Part shown: positions 6,780 to 12,604 of the stretch, piece after piece | Position numbering within the stretch: position 1 is the stretch's first letter | Layout: every line of letters begins with the position of its first letter | Origin: a bacterium | GTDB taxonomy: Bacteria; Babelota; Babeliae; Babelales; RVW-14 | NCBI GenBank assembly: GCA_043822925.1 | Contig: JBDRBF010000043.1 | Span: 1-12,604, forward strand | Reading direction: 5' to 3' | Length of the DNA stretch: 12,604 nucleotides | Translations under genes and position numbers: made by a program | The notes under the pieces: model-generated | Databases searched by the model: none | What the model was told of the DNA's origin: nothing | What the model saw: only the letters and a program-made list of their open reading frames with translations

Positions 6780-8135
6780 ATGAAACAACAATTATCGCTT
6801 TTTAATAACCACAAATTACCGCTGGCGGAACGTATGCGTCCACAATGTCTAGAAGATATTGTGGGGCAGGACCATTTATTGGGACCAGATACGTTCATGC
6901 GTCATGCTATTCAAACAGATATGGTTGGTAACTATATTTTTTGGGGGCCGCCAGGCACCGGTAAAACAACACTCGCACGCGTTATTGCAAATGCGACCAA
7001 GCGCCGTTTTGTTGCATTTAGCGCCGTTTTTAATGGCGTTAAAGATATTAAAGAAATTATTGAGCAATCTCAAGTCGCTATAAATTCGGGAAGCAAAAGT
7101 ACGGTGCTTTTTGTCGACGAAATTCATAGATTTAATAAAGCCCAGCAAGATGCTTTTTTGCAGCCGCTTGAAAGTGGGATTATAACGCTTATTGGTGCGA
7201 CTACCGAAAACCCGTCGTTCGAAATTAATGGCGCATTACTGAGCCGGTGCACGGTTTGTGTGCTTAATTCTTTGCAAGATATACATGTTGAACAAATAAT
7301 ATTAAGAGCTTTAAGTGATACTATTAATGGTCTTGCTTCTTACAAGCCTGAGCTTGATGCTCAAGCGCGTGCGCTACTGGTTAACTATGCAAACGGCGAT
7401 GCACGCGTTGCCCTTACGGCGCTTGAATATGCGGTACAAAGCACAAAAGTTACGGGTGAAGTTGGCGATCAGTCTGGATCGCCTGAGCGCAATAGCAAAC
7501 GCATTATCACAGAGCAAGCAATTAAATCAGCACTGACGAGCCGTCATGTGTCTTACGATAAACAGGGCGAAGAGTTTTATAATCTTATTTCTGCGTTACA
7601 TAAATCGTTGCGTGGCTCAGATGTGCAGGCAAGTTTATATTGGCTTGCGCGCATGACCGAGGGGGGCGCCGACCCGTTATATATAGTACGCAGATTGGTG
7701 CGTTTTGCTTCTGAAGATATTGGTCTGGCCGACCCGCAGGCGTTAATACAGGCTCTTGCAGCACAGCAGGCAGTACACTTTTTGGGATATCCAGAATGTG
7801 ACGTTGCTCTGGCGCAATGTGTGATTTATTTGGCGACTGCGCCAAAATCTAATAGTGCATATATAGCCCTTGGTAATGCCAAAAAAGCAGTTGAACAAAC
7901 CCGCAACGACCCAGTACCCCTACATATACGTAACGCGCCAACTAAATTTATGAAAAATATTGGTTACGGTGATGGTTACAAGTATGATCATGACGAAAAA
8001 AATAAATTTTCTGGCCAAAACTTTTTGCCTGACAATATTCGTGATTCTGAATTTTACGAACCTGGCGGGTTTGGGTTTGAACGGGAAATTAAAAAACGGC
8101 TTGATTACTGGGCGGCGTTAAAGATTGAGCGTTAA
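6780..8135 (+). CDS. rarA: Replication-associated recombination protein A (AAA+ ATPase, MgsA/RarA)
   Basis: PLAERMRP, Walker A GPPGTGKT, Walker B LFVDEIHRFNKAQQD, ATTENPSF, and MgsA C-terminal motifs ISALHKSLRGSD, ASEDIGLAD, PKSNS, VPLHIRNAPT. Confidence 0.97.
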   Translation: MKQQLSLFNNHKLPLAERMRPQCLEDIVGQDHLLGPDTFMRHAIQTDMVGNYIFWGPPGTGKTTLARVIANATKRRFVAFSAVFNGVKDIKEIIEQSQVAINSGSKSTVLFVDEIHRFNKAQQDAFLQPLESGIITLIGATTENPSFEINGALLSRCTVCVLNSLQDIHVEQIILRALSDTINGLASYKPELDAQARALLVNYANGDARVALTALEYAVQSTKVTGEVGDQSGSPERNSKRIITEQAIKSALTSRHVSYDKQGEEFYNLISALHKSLRGSDVQASLYWLARMTEGGADPLYIVRRLVRFASEDIGLADPQALIQALAAQQAVHFLGYPECDVALAQCVIYLATAPKSNSAYIALGNAKKAVEQTRNDPVPLHIRNAPTKFMKNIGYGDGYKYDHDEKNKFSGQNFLPDNIRDSEFYEPGGFGFEREIKKRLDYWAALKIER

Positions 8136-8165
8136 GAGTAATAATAATTGCTGTGAGAGTAAAAT

Positions 8166-8198
8166 ACATAGGGCTACCTAAATTAGGTAGCCCTATGT
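8166..8198. terminator. Perfect 15-bp inverted repeat between convergent genes (probable bidirectional terminator)
   Basis: ACATAGGGCTACCTA (8166-8180) / TAGGTAGCCCTATGT (8184-8198). Confidence 0.75.
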
Positions 8199-8227
8199 GA
8201 TTAAAGTTTTTTTTGAGTGTTAGATGT

Positions 8228-10384
8228 TTAGTCGACAATATCTTCTTCTTCTTCTTCTTCTTCTTCTTCTGAAGCTTTTTTCGTATTTTCTTTTGCCAAT
8301 TTTTCAAGTTTTTTACCGATAGCAGGGAGTTCATCTGTTTTATCTGTCCAATGTACGGCGATATTGCCTCCTTCTGCTTGGTTTACAAAACCATTTGCGG
8401 GGTCGGTTGCTAAATCTATTTTTACGTATTTATTGTTTCTAGCATCGCGGTAGTTATTGACGAAATCCGTGGTGTATAGTTTTACATTCTTGGTAGCTTT
8501 TTTTCCAGCGAAAAATGTTTTTATGAGATCTTCGCTATTCTTTGGTAATCCCTTTAATTCGTAAACTTTAAGCGTCCAGTCTTTCCATTCTTTTGCGGTT
8601 GTTGCAATGCCGTAACAATCACAATTAAGTGTACAACTTTGAGCTCCTGATGCTGTGGAGAAAGTGAAGACAGGATGATAGTTACTGCAAATAAAGCCAT
8701 CTTTTGCATTTTGTTCTTGATCTTGAGCCGACAAAATGTTTTTCCAGTAGTTGTTATTTTTTTTGTCTGGGGCATTATCTCCCATCATTTTTAATCCAAA
8801 ATAACTGTGATTGTGTCCGCGGAAAAAAGCTTTTATTCCGGTTTTTTGCATGTAGGTTTTTGTTGAGTTTATGTGTCCGCAGCTTTTTCTACACTCTTCG
8901 CATTTTGCAAAATCGTTTTCGTCTTTTCCTGGTAAGTAATCAAAGTCGCCATTAAAGAAGCTGAGGCAATCTTCGTTTCCGCTTGGAAGTTTTTCAAATT
9001 CTGCATCAGTGTTGATTAGTTCTGTAGGATTGTAACTAGGGGCTATTCCTCCATGGCAGCATTGAACAAAGTCAGCACCTGATTTAATGAAAAGAGCCAC
9101 GGGAAAGCTTTTAAATAGAGCGAAGGTTGATGTTTTAAAAAATGGAATAGTTTTTTCTTCCCAGGCTTTACGTGCGGCAATTTGAGTTTCGTTTGCTGAA
9201 ACGTTAGGGGCCCATTTTGGCAAATTATATTTTTGAGGCATAGAGTTTTGCGAAAATGTGCATGGTTCTATTTTGTCGATGTCATCAAGTGTTGCTATAT
9301 CATGGTTTCCTTTGATTATAATAACTTTGTCCCAATTGCCTGGTGCTAGTTTTAGTAAGCAGAGGGTATATAAAACGTCATCTCCATATATTCCGCGGTC
9401 AATGTAGTCGCCGAGAAAAACGAGATAAAATTTATCTTTTATAATTCTAAAGTTGTTATCAATGATCTTTTCAGTAACTAAATTCCATAGACTTCTGAGA
9501 ATCGCGTGTATACTTCCGTGAACATCTCCGATAAAAAGAACGTTACTTCCAATTGGGATTTCTTTTTTTTGCACATAGTGACACATGCTATCAGGATCAT
9601 TAGGGAAAATATCATCTTTAGTTATGAGTTTGTCTGCTTTGTTTAGCCAGAGGTTTTCATTTTTGAACGCTCGTTCTTCGTATTGCTTGAGAACTTCATT
9701 TATTTTATTAAGTAGTTCTGCTGGATCTACTTTCCCCCATAGCTCTATTTGATCAAAGGTATCAGTTACTCCGTTGAAATTGAGCAATAGATTATAAAAA
9801 AAAGTTTTTTTGATGGTATTAAAGTCTTCTTCAGTTAGTTCTTTTCCGTCGACGTTGTAATTTGCGGTAATAAATTGTATCGTCTTGAGGTTTTTCCCAA
9901 TTATTGAATAAAGCTCAGTTTTTGTTATCTTAGGCGCGAATTTATCGAATAATTTGTTGTATTCTTCGATTTTTTTAGCGAATTGACCTTCGATATCTCT
10001 ATTTTTATACGACTGTGAAAATAAATAACCTTTTTCAGGTAATGCTTGTTTAAAATCTTTTAGTCCTGCTGTTATTTTTGTTATGAGATCTGCTTTTTCT
10101 TCGGTCCATTCTTTTTCTTGAAGTTCCGTTCCTTTTTTTATCGCAGCAAGTTGTTTTGTTATTGTTGTTCTGCTCTGGGCGATTTCTTTTTGTTCGTTGA
10201 AAGTTTTTTCGAGATCTTTGCGGTATAGGTTTAAATCATATATTTCAGGGAGACTTTCAAAGCATTCTTTAGTCCATTCTGTTAGTGTTGGTTGTTTTGC
10301 GTGTGCGCTTTGTTCTGAAAAAAAACTAAAAAGAAGAAGCATCGGTATGAAAATTTTACCTGAGTAATGAGTTCTTGCTGTCAT
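8228..10384 (-). CDS. Secreted calcineurin-like metallophosphoesterase (PPP-type Ser/Thr phosphatase) with helical N-terminal region and poly-Glu tail
   Basis: Ordered motifs GDVHG, GDYIDRG, KGNHD, CHGG, RGHNH; signal peptide-like IFIPMLLLFSFFSEQSAHA; Lys/Glu-rich N-terminal region; C-terminus E9DIVD. Confidence 0.88.
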   Translation of the reverse strand: MTARTHYSGKIFIPMLLLFSFFSEQSAHAKQPTLTEWTKECFESLPEIYDLNLYRKDLEKTFNEQKEIAQSRTTITKQLAAIKKGTELQEKEWTEEKADLITKITAGLKDFKQALPEKGYLFSQSYKNRDIEGQFAKKIEEYNKLFDKFAPKITKTELYSIIGKNLKTIQFITANYNVDGKELTEEDFNTIKKTFFYNLLLNFNGVTDTFDQIELWGKVDPAELLNKINEVLKQYEERAFKNENLWLNKADKLITKDDIFPNDPDSMCHYVQKKEIPIGSNVLFIGDVHGSIHAILRSLWNLVTEKIIDNNFRIIKDKFYLVFLGDYIDRGIYGDDVLYTLCLLKLAPGNWDKVIIIKGNHDIATLDDIDKIEPCTFSQNSMPQKYNLPKWAPNVSANETQIAARKAWEEKTIPFFKTSTFALFKSFPVALFIKSGADFVQCCHGGIAPSYNPTELINTDAEFEKLPSGNEDCLSFFNGDFDYLPGKDENDFAKCEECRKSCGHINSTKTYMQKTGIKAFFRGHNHSYFGLKMMGDNAPDKKNNNYWKNILSAQDQEQNAKDGFICSNYHPVFTFSTASGAQSCTLNCDCYGIATTAKEWKDWTLKVYELKGLPKNSEDLIKTFFAGKKATKNVKLYTTDFVNNYRDARNNKYVKIDLATDPANGFVNQAEGGNIAVHWTDKTDELPAIGKKLEKLAKENTKKASEEEEEEEEEDIVD
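8243..8269 (-). repeat. Pure (GAA)9 trinucleotide repeat encoding Glu9
   Basis: TTC x9 on the + strand, in frame near the 3' end of the phosphatase gene. Confidence 0.95.
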
Positions 10385-10452
10385 ATTAGTTTTCCTTTTG
10401 TGTTGAGTATAAGAAAATACTTGTTCTGTTGTTTTTCAGATTGTTTATTTGT

Positions 10453-10482
10453 AATATATTTAAAGTGAAACGTTATAGTCAA
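10453..10482 (-). promoter_or_regulatory. Putative sigma70 promoter of the phosphatase gene
   Basis: TTGACT-N18-TATATT, back-to-back with the TA promoter. Confidence 0.45.
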
Positions 10483-10507
10483 TGGTTTTGTGTTTTAGTG
10501 TGTTGCT

Positions 10508-10536
10508 TTGACCGAGAGATGTAATGGTATTACACT
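10508..10536 (+). promoter_or_regulatory. TA operon promoter with overlapping palindromic operator
   Basis: TTGACC-N17-TACACT. The palindrome TGTAAT-ggt-ATTACA (10520-10534) overlaps the -10 box. Confidence 0.7.
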
Positions 10537-10583
10537 TTTGGGGTCGGTTTTGATAAATTTAACTTAAATATTGAGGTGAAAAT

Positions 10584-10805
10584 ATGCTAACAAAAAATCC
10601 GCGTTTAAATATTACATTTGATCCAAAAGAAGAAAAATTTCTTACAGCTTTAGCCAAACAGGAGCGCAAATCTGTTTCTCGTTTAGCCACAGAGCTTATT
10701 TTAGAGGCGCTGGAGCGACGTGAAGATATGGCGTTTTCTGCGATTGCAGGTGAGCGGGACAATAATACAAAAGAAACGGTTGTACATAAAGATGCTTGGA
10801 AATAA
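10584..10805 (+). CDS. Ribbon-helix-helix/CopG-like type II antitoxin
   Basis: 73 aa with an RLNITF beta-strand and two helices (LTALAKQERKSVSRLATELILEALERRED); GAGGTG SD; lies 2 nt upstream of a RelE-type gene. Confidence 0.8.
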   Translation: MLTKNPRLNITFDPKEEKFLTALAKQERKSVSRLATELILEALERREDMAFSAIAGERDNNTKETVVHKDAWK

Positions 10806-10807
10806 AA

Positions 10808-11072
10808 ATGGCATATGTCATTGAATATCTAAAAAAAGTTGTGACAATAGATATTCCAGCAATTCCAAAGACCGTTCAGAAGCAAATTAGATGGGCGATT
10901 GAAGAACGATTGATGGTGGATTCTGTTGGTTTTGGTAAACCGTTGCAATACAGCTTGAAGGGGCCCCGTCGATTGAGAGTTGGTGATTACCGTGTCATTT
11001 ATAAAATCGAAAAAAAATAAAGTAATTATTTCAGCAATTAAGCATAGTAAAGTTGCTTATGAAGATGCATGA
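10808..11072 (+). pseudogene. RelE/ParE-family toxin, frameshifted at an A8 run
   Basis: MAYVIEY...GKPLQYSLKGPRRLRVGDYRVIYKIEKK* stops at 11020. The +1 frame continues NKVIISAIKHSKVAYEDA* to 11072, matching the RelE C-terminal strand and helix. Confidence 0.8.
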
Positions 11073-11124
11073 AAAAGTTTAGAGAGTGTTTTTGAATAGG
11101 CGTTTATTTTTAGAAAGGGTCTTT

Positions 11125-11979
11125 ATGGTGTTTTCTTGTTATTCACGTTTCTTAGCAGTGCTATTTGCGTGCTTTGTTTCTTGCCAGATAGTTTTTGCTG
11201 AAAAATCGATAGAGCAAGCTCTTGACCAAAAAATGACATTTACAACTGATGCAGTAGCTCCAGAAACAGAAGTTAAGAAAGAAGTTACGAAGGATGCACT
11301 TCAAGATATTGCTCAAATAACTGGATATCCAAAATCTCTGAATAAATATGTCAGCGATTTTGCCAAAATTATAGATCCAGCAGATGCAGAAAGAATACAA
11401 AAGACCTTTGAGTCGGTAGAGGAGCAAACAGGTATAGAAATTGCTCTTGTAACAATAAACTCGATTCATGATTACAAAGATACGGAAACTAATTTTGAAC
11501 GTTTTACGACTGGGTTATTTAATAACTGGGGCATTGGTAAAAAAGACAAAAATAACGGGGTGTTGTTTTTGGTTGCTCAAAAAGACCGTAAAGTACGTAT
11601 AGAACTTGGCTCTGGTTACGATAAAATTTACGATGAACGTGTGACTGCGATTATTAAGACTGATATTTTGCCATATTTTAAACGGGATCAATATAGCAGG
11701 GGCATTTACGAAGGTTCTATTGCTATAATTAAAGCGGTTACCAAAGAAGCGACCTGGTGGGAACGCAACATGTGGAATGTGATTATTTGGTTGCTTATTG
11801 TAATTTGTGCTTTAGTTGCATATTCGTGCTTCAAGTCTGGGAAAAAAGGCTGGGGCTGGTTTTTACTTGCTGGTATTGGTGCTCTTTTGTTACTTTTGTG
11901 GAGCATGAATTCAAGCAATAAATCTGATGGCCACGGTGGCGGGTCGTCATCTGGTGGTGGCGGCAGCGGCGAGTGGTAA
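11125..11979 (+). CDS. TPM-domain (YgcG-like) membrane protein
   Basis: YVSDFAKII, TGIEIALVTI, LFNNWGIGKKDKNNGVLFLVAQKDRKVRIELGSG, two C-terminal TM helices and a Gly-rich tail ending in W. ATG 11125 with an AAGGG SD is preferred over GTG 11086. Confidence 0.9.
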   Translation: MVFSCYSRFLAVLFACFVSCQIVFAEKSIEQALDQKMTFTTDAVAPETEVKKEVTKDALQDIAQITGYPKSLNKYVSDFAKIIDPADAERIQKTFESVEEQTGIEIALVTINSIHDYKDTETNFERFTTGLFNNWGIGKKDKNNGVLFLVAQKDRKVRIELGSGYDKIYDERVTAIIKTDILPYFKRDQYSRGIYEGSIAIIKAVTKEATWWERNMWNVIIWLLIVICALVAYSCFKSGKKGWGWFLLAGIGALLLLLWSMNSSNKSDGHGGGSSSGGGGSGEW

Positions 11980-12035
11980 GAAAGCGCATTTTGTTTTTCT
12001 GAATTATGTCATTCTGAAGAAAAATTGTTTTTTCT

Positions 12036-12081
12036 ACGAACCGATACTATCTTTTCAGAATAGTATCGGTTCGTTTTTTTT
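12036..12081 (+). terminator. Intrinsic terminator after the TPM gene
   Basis: ACGAACCGATACTAT (12036-12050) / ATAGTATCGGTTCGT (12060-12074) running into a T8 tract. Confidence 0.85.
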
Positions 12082-12232
12082 AGGAAAAAAAGGAGAAGGT
12101 GATGGGGTTTCAGAAAAGATGTTTGGTTTTTATTATGGTGACATTTCTTTGATTTTCGGGTCAATCCTTTTGTAAAACAGGTCGTTTTTGTGTAAAAATT
12201 GTATATTTCGGTTTTAATGGGTTTTAGGGTGT

Positions 12233-12261
12233 TTGACATATCTAGTTATTAGGTATATATT
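12233..12261 (+). promoter_or_regulatory. Putative sigma70 promoter of the PadR gene
   Basis: TTGACA-N17-TATATT; the spacer carries an imperfect palindrome ATATCTA-N5-TAGGTAT. Confidence 0.65.
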
Positions 12262-12320
12262 TAGCTAATAATTAGGTGTTGGGTTGGCTGGGTTTCAGGT
12301 TTTGCTTGGGAGAGCTTTTT

Positions 12321-12604
12321 ATGAAAAAGATTAATAAAAGCAGATATGCGATTTTAGGCATGTTATTTGATGGCCCAGCTTCAGGTTATGACATTATGGA
12401 GGGCATGCATCGCTCGACCGGGCATTTTTGGCAAGAAAGTGATGCCTCAGTATATCCCATGCTCAAAGTTCTTGAAGCCGAAGGCAAAGTTTCTTCGCGC
12501 AGTGAGTTTGTAGGCAAAAGAGAAAAAAAAATCTTTGAGATTACTCATTTGGGCAAAGAAGAGTTTTTGGCCTGGATTGTTCTGCCGGTTGGCAAAGAAA
12601 CCCG
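12321..12604 (+). CDS. PadR-family winged-helix transcriptional regulator, 3'-truncated by the window edge; not in the ORF track
   Basis: Hand translation: MKKINKSRYAILGMLFDGPASGYDIMEGMHRSTGHFWQESDASVYPMLKVLEAEGKVSSRSEFVGKREKKIFEITHLGKEEFLAWIV...; GGGAG SD. Confidence 0.92.
   Translation, partial: MKKINKSRYAILGMLFDGPASGYDIMEGMHRSTGHFWQESDASVYPMLKVLEAEGKVSSRSEFVGKREKKIFEITHLGKEEFLAWIVLPVGKET

Noticed and set aside
7464-7483. GGCGATC/GATCGCC hairpin in a variable loop of rarA, resembling an in-frame palindromic element
   Set aside because: Only 7 bp, with no second copy in the window.
8089-8334. 81-aa poly-Lys ORF
   Set aside because: It is an alternative reading frame of the (GAA)9 tract, overlapping the phosphatase and rarA genes.
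10796-10807. Toxin start at TTG 10796
   Set aside because: ATG 10808, 2 nt after the antitoxin stop, gives the typical MxYxIEY N-terminus.
11927-12239. ORFs 11927-12175 (+) and 12009-12239 (-)
   Set aside because: They cross a strong terminator and promoter region, have no recognisable motifs and no convincing SD.

Overview
AT-rich bacterial DNA holding 11 protein genes, two of them cut by the window edges. In order: two tandem secreted Sel1-repeat proteins (-), two tandem paralogous APC-family amino-acid permeases (-), a VOC/glyoxalase protein (-), a nitroreductase (-), rarA/mgsA (+), a secreted PPP-type metallophosphatase with a poly-Glu tail (-), an RHH-type antitoxin plus a frameshifted RelE/ParE toxin (+), a TPM-domain membrane protein (+) and a PadR regulator (+). 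This content suggests a protist-associated intracellular bacterium such as Candidatus Dependentiae/Babeliae; that is inference only and was not checked. The best unexplained signal is the 5' region of the permease at 2231-3538. It has the full layout of a ribosome-mediated transcription attenuator: promoter, an unannotated 57-aa Ser/Thr-rich leader ORF, a long antiterminator overlapping the leader's last codons, and a mutually exclusive intrinsic terminator. The paralogous permease keeps the promoter and terminator position but has a different leader.
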